Program-made: the position numbers and the translations under genes | DNA from: Macrostomum lignano | Taxonomy: Eukaryota | Assembly (NCBI GenBank): GCA_002269645.1 | Contig: NIVC01002153.1 | Coordinates: 62,001 to 126,000, forward strand | Reading direction: 5' to 3' | DNA: 64,000 nt | In this document: piece by piece, positions 1 to 14,062 of the stretch | How positions within the stretch are numbered: the stretch's first letter is position 1 | Layout: every line of letters starts with the position of its first letter | The notes under the pieces: model-generated | Told to the model about the DNA's origin: nothing | What the model saw: only the letters and a program-made list of their open reading frames with translations | Database searches by the model: none

Positions 1-160
1 AATGGAGTACATTCGCGTAAAATTAGGATTTGAGGCAAACATTGATATTGTTGGCTGGGGGGGGGGTGCTTTTTACTTTAAATAGGCAATTAATGTCTGT
101 CTGACTCTAAAACATGTATTGGCAAACTCTGGCCTCTGCCTCTGACTCTCCCTACGTCCC

Positions 161-445
161 TTGGATCCTTTGAAACTTCTATCTTCTCTTCTGTTTCCTC
201 TCTTCTTTCTCGTCCCTCGTCTCTTTTTCCTCTCTCCTCTCTCCCCTCTTCTCTCGTATCTTCCCTCATTTCTCTTCTTTTTCATCTCTCTTATCTCATT
301 TCTTTTCTCTTCTTTTCTCTTTCCTCTCCTCCCACTCTTCTCTCGTCTTTTCCTTCACCTCTCTTCTCTCTCGTCTGCTCTTTCATCTCTCCTTTCTCTT
401 CTTTTATCTTTTCTCTCTTACCTCTTCTCGTTTCTATCTGCTCTG

Positions 446-522
<77 letters not shown>

Positions 523-1620
523 GTCTTTCTCTCTTATCTCTCCTCCTCTCTCTACTCTCTCCCCTCTCCATTCTCCTCTTTCCTCTCCTCTCTCCTCACT
601 CACTTCTCTACCTTTGTCTCTCCTCTCTCCTCACTCACTTCTCTACCTTTGTCTCTCCTCTCTCCTCACTCACTTCTCTACCTTTGTCTCTCCTCTCTCC
701 TCACTCACTTCTCTACCTTTGTCTCTCCTCTCTCCTCTCTCCTCACTCACTTCTCTACCTTTGTCTCTCCTCTCTCCTCACTCACTTCTCTACCTTTGTC
801 TCTCCTCTCTCCTCACTCACTTCTCTACCTTTGTCTCTCCTCTCTCCTCACTCACTTCTCTACCTTTGTCTCTCCTCTCTCCTCACTCACTTCTCTACCT
901 TTGTCTCTCCTCTCTCCTCACTCACTTCTCTACCTTTGTCTCTCCTCTCTCCTCACTCACTTCTCTACCTTTGTCTCTCCTCTCTCCTCTCGTCTCTGTA
1001 ACCTCTCCTCTGTTCTCTCTACTCTCCCATCTTTTATCTGTTCACTCTCGTCTCTGCTCTCTCATCCCCCTCTTTAATCTGGCATCTCTGTCTTATATGT
1101 TCTCTCACCTCTCTCCTCTGTACTCTTTTCTTTCCCCTCTTTTGACTCCTCACTTTCCTTTCTCCTTTCTTCTTTTCTCTTCTCTTCCCTTTTCTATACT
1201 CTGTCTCCCTCTCTTCTCTCACTCCACTCTCCTCTATCCGTTATCTCTCATCTCTCATCTCTCCTTCCACCTCTCATCTCTACAACCTTAGAGATGTAGA
1301 GATGTATCTTTATCTCTTCTCTCTTCCCTTTACTCTCTCATCTCTTCTTTCACCTGTTTCCTCTCTGCTCTCCTCTCTGCTGTCTCCTCTCTCCTCTCAT
1401 CTGCAGCTCTCTGCTCTCTCATCTCGCTTTTCCTCTCTCATCTCTACTCTCTCCTCTCGCTTTTCCTCTCTCCCCTCTTCTCCCCTCTCTCTCATCGTCC
1501 TCACCCCCTCATCTCTCCTATTATCTTTTATCTTTTCTTTTATCCCCTCTGTCGCCTCTCCTCTCTTCGAATCGTCTATTCCTTCTTCTTTCCACTTTCA
1601 TCTGCCCCTCAGCTATGAGC
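161..1620. repeat. CT-rich low-complexity block: (TC)n at ~451-516 and ~11 copies of a 35-bp unit CCTCACTCACTTCTCTACCTTTGTCTCTCCTCTCT at ~593-985
   Basis: Tandem units read directly; overlapping Leu/Ser ORFs are repeat artefacts. Confidence 0.95.
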
Positions 1621-2279
1621 TGGATTCTTTATCTGGCCTTTGAGGTAAAAGTCTGCCCATCCCTGCCTGGAAAGCCAGTTTGTGGGACGTAGTACTCTCA
1701 TGGTTGTTCTCATGCTTTGATCACATCACCTTTCTTGCCAATTTGCAGCCCTGAAAGGAATTTGTGTATCTTCAGCTCCACTGCAGTCTGCATCAGTCTA
1801 ACAACCAAGGAAATACGCATTTCTTAGGAGGCCAGTTAAATTTTAAAGTACCTTATGCGAATCTTAATGTTAAAATTTTCATGGTGTAACCAATTTAGTA
1901 GGATTGCATTGTAATCAGTTATTCATTAATTTTTAGATATTTTTATAAACCATCCCACATCGCCTTGATTTGCCATCCTTGTTTAACTGCATGCTGCGAG
2001 CCTGCGACTTGTTTATACAGAGGACAGTAGTTTGAATCTCCCGCTAAACTCTCTCCTCTCAACGCCTCTCCACTCGCGGGGGTACAGAGAAGGCTATTAA
2101 AAAGTTATTCCAAAACACTGTACACTCGCTATGTACATTGAGCCCCATCGCCTGACCCTTCGTCTGGGGGAATGAGTTGGATGAGCGGCAAACAACAGAA
2201 AAAGCAGACAAACTTCACATGCTTACAGTTTCTGTTCTGATTGAGTTAGAGAGTTGAAACTTTACATTTAGATAGAGAA

Positions 2280-2822
2280 TGAGTCAATGAAGAATTGTGT
2301 CAAGTTTGAAGTCAATCGCTTTACGTGGAGCAAACTTATGGCAGCTGAAAGTTAGTCAATTTTGAAACCCTTTTACACATCTGGCTGGGCCCAGATCGGG
2401 AAAGAGAGGCAGGCGGGCGGAGGTTGGGGTGGTTGCTACGCTGAAAAAAACAGCCTAACTTTAAAAGTGCACAGCGGCTTTCAGGATTAACTTTGAGATT
2501 TGAAATTTTACACGATTGTGTCAAAATAGTTGAAAATTGCCTGTGTCAAATTTGAAGAGAATCGGTAGAAGTGGAGCGGCGCTATGGAGGATTTAGTGAA
2601 AAAAACGCGCATTTTGAGCAGTTTTTTGTACTTTTAGGTAGGAAGACTTGAGTCTAGGAAATTTAAAGGTAGCCTAAGACATTCTCCGTAGTAAGTTTAG
2701 GGTGGGTGTAAAGTTTGGTGTAATTTGGTTGAGCGGTTTGGGAGTCCATAGCGATCAAAATTGTCCACACACAGACAGACAGACAGACAGACAGACAGAG
2801 TTTTGATTTTTATAGGTAGAGA
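2280..2822 (-). mobile_element. Putative non-autonomous Helitron-like element, 5' end
   Basis: Minus strand reads A|TCTCTACCTATAAAAATC followed by a (CTGT)n microsatellite, the layout of Lep1-type Helitron 5' ends; 3' CTRR/hairpin not found, so left boundary is approximate. Confidence 0.4.
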
Positions 2823-3682
2823 TAATAGCATCTTCTGAAATTGCTTTCTATACAGAGGCACGAGAACAGTATGTGAACTAGCAATCTGCGCCCCCGTAAG
2901 CCTTGACATGTCAGCAATTCCTCCCAAGATCCAAAGCATGAAAGCATGAAAATTTGTTTGCTGTTAGCAGCGCGACAGATGCGAGCTGAGCTGATGTACA
3001 TGTACAGACTGATTAGGGTTAGCAGCGCGGCAAGGAAAGGATAGAGTCGATAGACTAATAAAACAGGGTCAGAAAAGTAACGGACTAATGTACATTTGTT
3101 AGCCGCGAGCGAGACAGAGATACGAGTAATCTAAATGTACATTCGCAGTGAAACACTAACGCTGGGGGAGAAGGGTAGGCTAGAAAATGGGGGGTTAGTG
3201 AGGTGAGGACACGATGTACATTTGTTTGCGGCCTCTGATAATGTAATGTAAATGTGTGCACACACTGGTGCAACACCTTCGGTGACATCGCATCACAACA
3301 CAACCAGCACGCTGGCAATTCTGTCTGTCCATCCCGCTGACTTCTGAACTTGAGCCTATGTTGTGAGCTGCGCCTCGCAATGCCCTTGCCCCGACCACTG
3401 CGCTCTCCGCCCCTCCTCTCCTTGCCACGGGTTTATTCTGGTTTGCCCCCTCCGTCTAAATCTGCCATTCATTTTATGTTTCTCGTTTTCATTTGCACAC
3501 CTTTTCATTGGCTGGCGTCTTTTGATCTCTCTCTCTCTCTCGCTTGGGCTAGTCCAATCATGTGTCTCGCCGCGGAGGCACCTGATTGGCTAGCCTTCCC
3601 CCTTCTTTCTCTCTCGCCCTTCAACTCTGTGAGTTTTGCCCCCCCACCCCCAGCCCTGCGTGGCTTAGCCCCACCCAGCCCC

Positions 3683-3832
3683 CTGCTCTCAACCAGTATT
3701 TGTGTGCGCGCGCGGCCCTCGCCCGGCTCTCCCCCGCCCTGCTCTCAACCAGTATTTGTGCGCGCGCGGCCCTCGCCCGGCTCTCCCCCGCCCTGCTCTC
3801 AACCAGTATTTGTGCGCGCGCGGCCCTCGCCT
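3683..3832. repeat. ~2.7 copies of a 55-57-bp GC-rich unit (CTGCTCTCAACCAGTATTTGTGCGCGCGCGGCCCTCGCCCGGCTCTCCCCCGCC)
   Basis: Direct tandem copies. Confidence 0.9.
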
Positions 3833-4518
3833 GGCTCTATCACGGCCATGCTCTCTCTACTACTACGTACTTTGTGCTTGCGCGAGTCAGCGACGGTTGA
3901 GCAGAATAAAATATAGAGGCCACGCCTGTATGAGCGCGTCAAGTGACCCCTCCCGGTAAGACAGTATTTACTTTCATTCATTTGTCCCGTCTCCATTATC
4001 CACTTCCCTCGCCACCGTCTTCCTTCGGGTCTGCGAAGTGTCTGTACGCCTCCAGACCCGTGCTCACCTCTGCTGCTGCTGAGTGGCTACCTGCTCACAG
4101 CCTCCTCATCCGCATCTCCCTCACAACTCGGCTGGGCGAGTGTCTGTACGCTCCCAGCCTCTCCACTTCCACCTCGAAGTGTCCGTACGCCTCGGGGGTC
4201 GCCACTCTCTCGCCTATCACACCCGGCGAGATCACAGTCCAGTACCCGAACCCCCGATCACCCCGTCTGCGGTCCGCACCGACGGAAGCAGAAAATACAA
4301 CACCTATACAAACATAAGGTGTACAGCGGCCCTGGCATTCTTATTGTCAGGCCTCGGTGGTTGGCCCTCGTGGGTGTACGACGACCCCCGTGGCCATTTT
4401 TTTCTACTCAGCAAAGCCAAAATGAATGTGGCGCGAGTCAGTCGCGCTTTACCGGTGAGCTGCTCTGCTACTTATTTTTATTCAATGCTACCAAAAATAG
4501 TTGCGGATTCGAACTCAC

Positions 4519-4727
4519 CGATGACGGCAGATTGCGCAACTTCTGCGCCAGCGCCGCCACCTCTCGGTCGGTTTTGTCCGCCCGAGCCTCCGCGTCGCGC
4601 GCGTTCGCCGCCGATTTCGACGCGGCCGCCTCGGCCGCCTCCTGGGCCCGTCTGGCAGCTTCCACCAGTTCCACCGGCGGAGACAGCGATGGCGGCGGCG
4701 GTGGCGGTGGCGGTGGCGCCTGTTGCT

Positions 4728-4761
<34 letters not shown>

Positions 4762-6782
4762 TTTCTGCTGCTTCAACGCCCGAATGGCCTCAGTAAGCCG
4801 CTGCTCCAGCTCCAGACGAGCCTGGCGCTCCCGGCCAGACCGGATGTCCAGCTCGCCTAGCAGCATCCGCTCCGACTCCGTCTGGCCCCGGGCCGCCTCC
4901 TCCCGCAGCCGGACCTCTTTAGCCAGCATCCGCTGGTTCATCAGCTCCACAGCCTCCTGGATTCGAGTCTGCAACAGCAGCAGGTCAGCGTCCTGTAAGA
5001 TGCTGCCGTTTCCAGCGGCACCGGAAGGCTTCTGCGACTGAGTTTGAGCCGCCTGCTGCTGCTGCTGCTGCTGCAGCTGGGTGACCTGGCGCTCAAGCCG
5101 GCCTCGCTCGGCCGACTCGCGTTTCACCCGGTTCTTCAAATCCGACAAAGCGCGCTGGATGCCCGCCGCCGAGTTCGCGTCTCGATCTCGCGTCGCCCCA
5201 CTGCTGCCGGGTCGCTGATGCTGCTGGCTGGGCTTTTCCGGCTGTCGCTGGGGCTGCGGCGGGGGTGGCGGCGGCGGCGGTGGCGGTGGCGGTGGCGGCT
5301 GCGGAGCTGTCTGCTGATACTGCTGTTCGTATCGATCGTTTCGCCTTAGTGACGCAACCTGAATAATATTAAGCGATAAAAAATGATAATTACAGGAGGG
5401 CCGCGAGCTGGTAAGTTTAAACCTCGTCAAAAGGATTGTTTTGCTCAGCTCCATTAAGGGTGATATTGGCCTTGAGAAGTGCGTTGTGAAGTGTCGATAA
5501 TATAAAGCGACCTTTTTTTAGGTCGCCGTTCGTGGACCACTCCTCATTCAAGGATCATACTATCATCGACACAGGATGCGTTCTCATCCTCAGACAGTGC
5601 ACACACTTCATAGGCTTAATTAGCTTCCAGTCTAATATCCCTACCTCCTGAGCCAGCCTGTTTGTCAGTCTGTCCTGCTCCGCTCGACCTCTGGTCAACT
5701 CCGACAGCTCCGCTTCCAGCGCTTCAATCCGCGCCATTGTCTGCCGTTCCAGCCGGTCGATGCCTCCTCCGCCTCCTCCGCCGCCGTTTCCGCCGCCTCC
5801 TTGGTTCGCGGCCACGGCAGCTGCGGCCCGCATAACGGCCTCCTCCATCGCCTGTCGAGTTCGTCGCTCTTGCCTGGCTGTGTTTGACCGCAACTCGTCC
5901 TGCGTGCGAGCCACCTCGGACAGTAGGGCCCGATTGGCGCGTTCGGCCACTCGGAGCCGCGCCTCCAGATTGCGCATCCGCTCCTCTGGACCTTCGGCAC
6001 CGGCTGGCGTCGACGGCTGGTCGGCTCCGGCACCTGATCTGCCGACTAAGTCCTGAGATGGCCGAGCTATTGTAGGGAACTCCCATGCCCTGCGATTGGA
6101 AAGAGATCAAATACAGTTTTGAATATATTTGGAGTGAGGTGGTTGCAGGATTGTGCGAAGAGTTCTGGGGGCAGGGAGTGAGGTGGTTGCAGGACTGTGC
6201 GAAGAGTGCTGGGGGCAGGGAGTGAGGTGGTTGCAGGACTGTGCGAAGAGTGCTGGGGGCAGGGAGTGAGGTGGTTGCAGGACTGTGCGAAGAGTGCTGG
6301 GGCAGGGAGTGAGGTGGTTGCAGGACTGTGCGAAGAGTGCTGGGGGCAGGGAGTGAGGTGGTTGCAGGACTGTGCGAAGAGTGCTGGGGGCAGGGAGTGA
6401 GGTGGTTGCAGGACTGTGCGAAGAGTTCTGGGGGCAGGGAGTGAGGTGGTTGTAGAACTGTGCGAAAAGTGCTGGGGTCAGGAGTGAGGTGGTTGCAGGG
6501 CTGTGCGAAGAGTTCTGGGGGCAGGGAGTGAGGTGGTTGCAGGATTGTATGGAGATCACTTGGGGCAGGGATCGAAGTGGTTAATGACTGTGCGGAGAGT
6601 GCTGGGGACAGGGAGTGAGGCAGTTGTTTGAAAAAATTCCATTCAAAATAGTTATTGCATGTACAGTTTATGACTATTGTTTTGTGTATAATTTTAGGCA
6701 TATTTATGATTCGAGTTTTTCCATTTGTAATGATTACTGTTACTGCTGATACGCAACTCACCTGATCGTTGGATTTCTGTTC
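4519..6782 (-). CDS. Partial multi-exon long coiled-coil protein with poly-P/Q/G tracts (weak recollection of invertebrate CCDC154-like proteins)
   Basis: Phase-0 exons 6782-6762 (21 nt, tentative), 6052-5645 and 5358-4519, each with AG acceptor and GT donor, join in frame (...LAQE|VASLRR...); heptad-rich sequence; start and end not located. Confidence 0.75.
6131..6620. repeat. Intronic 44-bp minisatellite, ~10 copies (GGGGGCAGGGAGTGAGGTGGTTGCAGGACTGTGCGAAGAGTGCT)
   Basis: Direct tandem copies, no spacers. Confidence 0.95.
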
Positions 6783-8589
6783 CTAACAACGTAAGTCTGT
6801 TTTACTCCGTGCATTATTAGGTATTTTCTGATGTAATCGCTTCCGTATTGTGTGCCGCTTATTTTAAGAGTGAAAATTGTAACAAAACTAAAAGAAACGA
6901 TTCACTGTTTCCCTGTTTAACACCGGTCTCTAGTCACAGAAATTCCTGCCTCTGCCTGGCAACGTAAGACAGCCAACCCCTAGCCAGCCTCCATCTGGCT
7001 TCATCTGGACCAATTAAGTCCCCGCCGAAACTTGCTCTCCTTCCTCTCCACATTTCCTACAACTCTGTTCTTCCCTCGGCTGCAGTTCCAAAGCATTATT
7101 TTCCTGCGTACGCAGCCAGAGCTGTCCTGTTGCGTTCCCAGCTTTGCCCCCCCCCCCCCCAGCTCCCAGAATCTTCCTCTGGCCATCGCTGTCTCTCTCT
7201 CTACGCCTGGCAGCTGAGTTCTCCCCAACCAAACGAAGATGTACTCACAAAACTTGAAAGGAAACGGCGCTCCCCTGCAGCTGGTCGACTCTTCTCCTCC
7301 CACACGTCTCTCTTCCCATCTGCTGGGTTGCCATTGACAACCTGCGCGTACTCTGTTTATCTACACTAACCGATACATGAATAGTTAATTATGCAATGCC
7401 ACCAATTGAATACATTGTGGAATGCCTTGTTGTAAAACTTCATCATCAACTTAAATGGATGCATTGGGATGGAGTTGGACAATTGCTAATTGTATCTTAA
7501 TGACCCAGTGGTCTAGCGCAGCTGCTCTGATGTGCCAGCGGCCCAGGCTCGATTCCAAGTGCAGTCACATTAATTTGGGGCTAAATTGGAATCTCGGATT
7601 GGCTCTGCTCGTGAAATTAACGCCCTTGAGGGCCAACCCCCAAGGCACAGTGAAGTGTACATGCCTAACGATAAAGTTAGGGCCGCTGTACACTCCTGTG
7701 TGAGTGTGTGCCTGCTCAGGGGAGTCAGCGGAATGGGCAGCAATGCCTCTCGCCGGTTGTGTGACAATGTCGCTTAAATTCCACCAGGATGCACACAGCC
7801 CCTTGCTTCAAAGACATCAATGACTCTTAGTAAACCCACAGCTAGCGAGAAGGCCAGCAGGCATTCCCCATCCCGCTGGCCTCTGAGCACGAACCCGCAG
7901 GCACGGCGCTCATACAGGGTGTACAGGGTACAGCGGCCCTAGACTGTCCCTCTTGAAGCTCGTGGTCGCTAACTTTTTTTCGTGATACATAATTTCATAA
8001 TATGCTACTTACTTACTAAGTAGTATCAACCATGATAGTTCCATCATTAATCCTTTAAAAACAGTTAAATATATAAGCAAAACTTCAAATTCATTTTTAA
8101 ATACATGCAATTTAATAAAGTACTTTTAAGCAAAAACCTTTCAAGTGTATTTATAATTTATAATAATTAACCAAAACAATAAAACGAGAAGTACAAAACC
8201 TCATGCTTCGAGTACAAGTGCACTTTAACCCAAGCGCGTAAACAGCTCGTAGATTGCACATAAATATGTTTTATATCAATATGAAGTATTTCGCAGGCAC
8301 CAAAACAGCAGCACTAAGTAAAGCGGAACATTTGATATGCTTTTCCGACATTTCTTAGAAAACACACAAGTTCAAACACAAAAACAAGAAAAATCTAAGC
8401 AAACAAGAAGTTAAGCAGAGTGGCTGTTGTTTGTTTAAAAAAACACCAAAATTTGCTAAAAGTTTCGTCACTTCAAAGTTGTTTACCGCGAAGGTCAATA
8501 GAGAAAGACTGAAGCAAAAATGTGGCGTTAAAATTGTTCTGAATCTTTATACGATACCATAAAATCAGGAAAATAGATGACATAGCATG

Positions 8590-9185
<596 letters not shown>

Positions 9186-9370
9186 ACAGACATACGGAGA
9201 CAAGTACATTGCAAGAATCCACTGTTACTAATTGAAAAACTAATATAATCATGATGAACAATAGCTCATATGTTGTGACTAGAATGCGTCATTTAAAAGT
9301 TCGTCCAAAAAATCCCTAACTCGAATGAAATGAAGCAACAACAGCTTGGAAACGAACCAGATTCCTTCAG

Positions 9371-12300
9371 CTAGATGTCCACGCAGCTCAGCAGCGGATC
9401 TCCACAGCATCCCAATTTTGATGGAGAAGATCCGGTTCCCTGACCAACCGGCTCGTCAATGTGACTGCCAAACACGGTGAGCAGTCGCGGATTAACCCGG
9501 CAGACAATATCGGCCGCTCTGAGCAGTTCTCCGTCGCTATTCCAAGCCGACAACGGCTGGCCGTCCTGCTGCCTGTGCAGAATTCTGACAGAGAATGCGC
9601 TCACCCGACGAACAGCCACACTGTCTAACTGAAACTGGGTCTCGACACCTTCCCAGCCACCCTGCTGCTCATCGATCAGTTTGGGCATCCAAGCTGGCCG
9701 GCAGGTGAGTCGGGTCAGATAATGCAGAAAGTGCAGCCGGTCCCGGCCCGGCACCGTCACCAGGTCTGTCAGGCCGTCGGCCAGATGAGCAAACGGCACG
9801 GCACCGTGCGGACTCTTGGCCGACCGACACGGCATTGTGAAGCTCGACACCGACGCGTAGCGCCGACGCGACTGACGCCACGCGTAGGCGTTGCCGTTGC
9901 TAGGCAACGAAGCAACCGGTTGACGACGAATTGGGTCGACTTGATGTCCTGACACTGCCGGGCCGAGGTCGCGAACCGCCTGGCGGGCGATGTCGGCACT
10001 GGGAGGGTTGGCGCACAGCTGGCAGCGGCGGTGGCAGGTCAGCGGCTGTCTGCAGGAGTTTCGGTTTTTTTCAATCTTGGGTTGAATTGGGATTCAGCCT
10101 TGTTTAGCTGAATTTTCTGGAGTTTTAGTGGAGATTCTCTGTAGTGTTTTAAGTCTATGACTTGGGAAGCGTTACCTTGGGATCTGGGATCTGGGAAGCG
10201 TTACCTTGGGATCTGGGATCTGAGAAACGTGAACTTGGAATCTGAGAAAAGTGACCTTGGGATCTAAGAAAATAACCTTGGGATCTGAGAAAATAACCTT
10301 GGGATCTGAGAAAAGTGACCTTGGGATTTAAGAAAAGTGACCTTGGCATCTGAGAAAAGTGACCTTGGGATCTGAGAAAAGTGACCTTGGGATCTGAGAA
10401 AAGTGACCTTGGGATTTAAGAAAAGTGACCTTGGGATCTGAGAAAGTGACCTTGGAATCTGAGAGACGTCACCTTGGGATCTGAGAAAAGTGACCTTGGG
10501 ATCTGGGAGACGTGACCTTGGGATCTGAGAAAAGTGACCTTGGGATCTGAGAGACGTAACCTTGGGATCTGAGAAAAGTGACCTTGGGATCGGGGAGACG
10601 TGACCTTGGGATCTGAGAAAAGTGACCTTGGGATCTGAGAGACGTGACCTTGGGATCGGGGTCGGGGAGACGTGACCTTGGGATCTAAGAAACAGGAATG
10701 GGATCTGGCATCTGAGGAAGCTTGACCTTGGGATCTAAAATTGCTGAGCTCAATGATTCATAGCTACATAGGACGAATGTTTTAGCAAAACCATCAATGT
10801 ACACACCGAACAGGCTCAGTCTCGATCAGGGTGACCTCCAGCAGGTGCCTGGGCAGCCGCATCAGAGTCAGCGCACCCATCAGATCGTAGCGCATTGGTC
10901 CCAGCCAGCGCATCGACTCGCTGCCTTTGCAAATATCCCCAAAATAGCCGTACGACAACAAGCCGAGATTATAAGCGATAAATTCGCCAGTGTGCAAATC
11001 GTACACTGAGGTGACGTCCATAGCAACCCGGTTGCCAAGCAGAATATGCACCAATGCAGTTGTTGCGTCAGTGTTGTTATTGACGCTGTGCACGATTGCG
11101 TCCGTGCTGCCTGAAATTGGCGTACAAATTTTAACTGCAATATTCGCCTACTCCTACTTAGAGTAGTCGAATTTTAGAAAGTAATATACATATAAAAATG
11201 GATTTAGGATTCTTAAAATAGGGATCGGGATTAAAAGCTTAGGAATCGGGACTCAAAGCTTAGGGATCAAGACTCAAATATTAAGGATCAGGATCTATAT
11301 ATTAGGGATCGAGATCTATAGATTAGAAATCGGAATCTATAGATTAGGGATCAGGATCTATAGATTAGGATCGGGATCTATAGATTAGAAATCGGAATCT
11401 ATAGATTAGGGATCGAGATCTATAGATTAGAGATCGGGATCTATAGATTAGGGATCGGGATCTATAGATTAGGGATCGAGATCCATAGATTAGAGATCGG
11501 GATCTATAGATTAGGGATCAGGATCTATAAATTAGGATCGGGATCTATAGATTAGGGATCAGGATCTATAAATTAGGATCGGGATCTATAGATTAGGGAT
11601 CATGATCTATAGATTAGGGATCGGAATTCGTAGTTTAGGGATCAGGATTCACAGATAAGGGATCGGGATCTATAAATTAGGGATTGGGATTCACAGATTA
11701 AGGATCGGGATCTATAGATTAAGGATCGGGATCTGTAGATTAGGGATCGGGATTCACAGACTAGGGATCGGGATCTATAGATTAGAGATCAAAATTACAT
11801 TAGACATCGCAATTCAAGGGATCTTGGCACCTACCGGACGGTATCACTCCAATCGGCATGTCGGCAGGATGCTCAGCGTCCAACTTGGAGTGTCCGTCGA
11901 TGCCGAGGTCGAGCCGACGCCGCAGCAGCAAGCCGTGCACCAGCTCCAACAGGATTCCGTCACCGCCGACGCAGGCAACGCTGAATCAATCATAGGGTAG
12001 ATTTGCATTGTTTACAGGCTAAATTAATGCGTCATGTGCAAATTATCCTACTTAAAAAGTAGGAAAAATGGCATTTTTAAACAAACGGGAGCCGCAAAAA
12101 TCTATGGCACCATAAAACACACCCAAAAGTTGGTCATAAATACACCTAAAAGACAATAAAAGATACCCAAAAGAGGGTCATAAAAGACACCTAAAAGACA
12201 ATAAAAGATACCCAAAATATGGTATAAAAGACACCCCAAATCTGATCATAAAAGACACCCAAAATATGGTATAGAAGAAACCCACGTATCCACGATGGTC

Positions 12301-14062
12301 ATAAAAGACACCCAAAAGATGGTCAAAAAACACCCAAAATATGGTCATAATAGTCACCCAAGATGGTCATAAAAGACACCACAAAGATGGTCATAAAAGA
12401 CACCCCAAAGATGGTCATAAAAGACACCCCAAATATGGTGATAAAAGACACCCCAAATATGGTGATAAAAGACACCCCAAAATGGTCAAAAAGCACCCAA
12501 AATATGGTCATAATAGTCACTCAAGATGGTGATAAAAGACACCTCAAAGATGGTCATAAGACAGCCCAAAGATGGTCATAAAAGACACCCCAAAGATGGT
12601 CATAAAAGACACCCCAAAGATGGTAAAAAAACACTCAAAATATGGTCATAATAGTCACTCAAGATGGTGATAAAAGACACCTCAAAGATGGTCATAAGAC
12701 ACCCCAAAGATGGTCATAAAAGACACCCCAAAAATGGTCATAAGACGCCCCAAAAATAGTCATAAGACACCCCAAAGATGGTCATAAAAGACACCCCAAA
12801 TCGCGACATACAACGCCCAGCCCGTACCAATCGAATTTCGCTAAGCACTCGCGCAGCAAAAAGTCCCTAGCATGATAGCGCCGCTCGGTGCGAATGGTAA
12901 CTACTCGAATGCCGCAGGCGGTTAGCCAGGGCAGCACCAGACTCTTGGCCAGGGCATCGGAGCCGCCGCCGCCGCTTGTAGGATTAATAAACAGCAGCAG
13001 AGATTTCAGGCGTCTGAAGTGGCAGAAATGGAAGCACACGGGGCACGGGCGGTGACTAAAAATATTGATTGTGAATTTGCAAAGAATGATAACGAGCTCA
13101 AAACTGATGTCCTCTCTTATCTAGCCTAGGTTATTAATCTGTCCCCTAAGATAAAACAGTTTGCCGACCTTAGCCTGTAGGGCCACGAGGACACAGCGTG
13201 CAACCGCCTAAGCATTTTAAAGTTCAACTTTGACCCTCCCCCCCCGCTCTCACAATTTGTGACTTGACCTACACGAGACACCAAATTTCATAGCGAGTGT
13301 CATGAAATCATGGAGTCTGCAGACTTCTGCGACTTCGGTAGGTTAGAGAGGCTCGGTAGTGAAAAGGGTAGGGTAGAGATATTGGTGTTTTCATCTGGCA
13401 TCTTGAAGCGCTTAAAAACCTTTAATGGAATCGAAGAGGGGATAGGAGAGAAGGAAGAAGAGGAAAGAAAGGGAGATGTGAGACAAGAGAGGAGAATAGG
13501 AGAAGATGAGAGAGGAGAGAAGAGAGAAAAAGAGGAGATGAGAGAGGAGATACAAAGAGACAAACCTGGAGCGGACCGAATGCTTTCATGAAGTTTCGAA
13601 GGAGCCGAGGGCCTGGTAGAGAGGCTTTGCGGGGCTCAAGTGGCACATGGGCCGGAGTCCACCTACCCCTGCCTTAGCCATTAGGACACAAGCCATAAAT
13701 CACCTGTAAATTTTCAACCGATCCAACAAAATCCGACTGCACTCCAGCGCGTCTGGCATGTTAGTAAATCTTAACCGACTTAGCGACCAAAGTGCACTGT
13801 CGCCTGGCAACCGCTTGGCAACAATCAATTCCAGTGTATTAGACACGAGATCGTCATTGGGAGTCAATGCGTTCAACACTAGGCTAAGAGGGACACTCTC
13901 GGCAGTTTTAGGACTGTTGGCAAATTGCCAAATCAGACGCTGCTGCAAACTATTCGAACTTGTTAAGCCGGCTGCAGGTAGATGAAGTTTACAGGCCAGT
14001 CCCATAAACTGACAGTCGAATTGGAAGCTCTGCGCTTCAGTAGCGGCGGCGGATTCTGACAT
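9371..14062 (-). CDS. CERK: Ceramide kinase-like protein (~557 aa), 5 exons: 14062-13704, 13013-12828, 11980-11835, 11110-10807, 10049-9371
   Basis: All introns GT-AG and phases compatible (1674 nt). Motifs LLLFINPTSGGG, CVGGDG, IGVIPSGSTD, YGYFGD..RWLGPMRYD, CHRRCQLC, AHLADG, AWNSDGE match the CERK/sphingosine-kinase DAGK family; N-terminal PH-like exon. Confidence 0.9.
10160..10740. repeat. 22-bp minisatellite (GACCTTGGGATCTGAGAAAAGT) filling CERK intron 4
   Basis: Direct tandem copies. Confidence 0.95.
11215..11800. repeat. 21-bp minisatellite (GGGATCGGGATCTATAGATTA) filling CERK intron 3
   Basis: Direct tandem copies. Confidence 0.95.
12110..12800. repeat. 24-bp minisatellite (AAAGATGGTCATAAAAGACACCCC) filling CERK intron 2
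   Basis: Direct tandem copies. Confidence 0.95.

Noticed and set aside
73-1643. Long Leu/Ser and Arg/Glu ORFs
   Set aside because: Translations of CT microsatellite and minisatellite
3943-4317. 124-aa ORF or next exon of the coiled-coil gene
   Set aside because: No recognisable motif and no convincing in-frame splice sites
5724-6761. 345-aa and 150-aa repetitive ORFs
   Set aside because: Run through the 44-bp intronic minisatellite and overlap the real exon in another frame
10160-12800. Short regular repeats resembling CRISPR arrays
   Set aside because: Head-to-tail units with no unique spacers, no cas genes, located in eukaryotic introns
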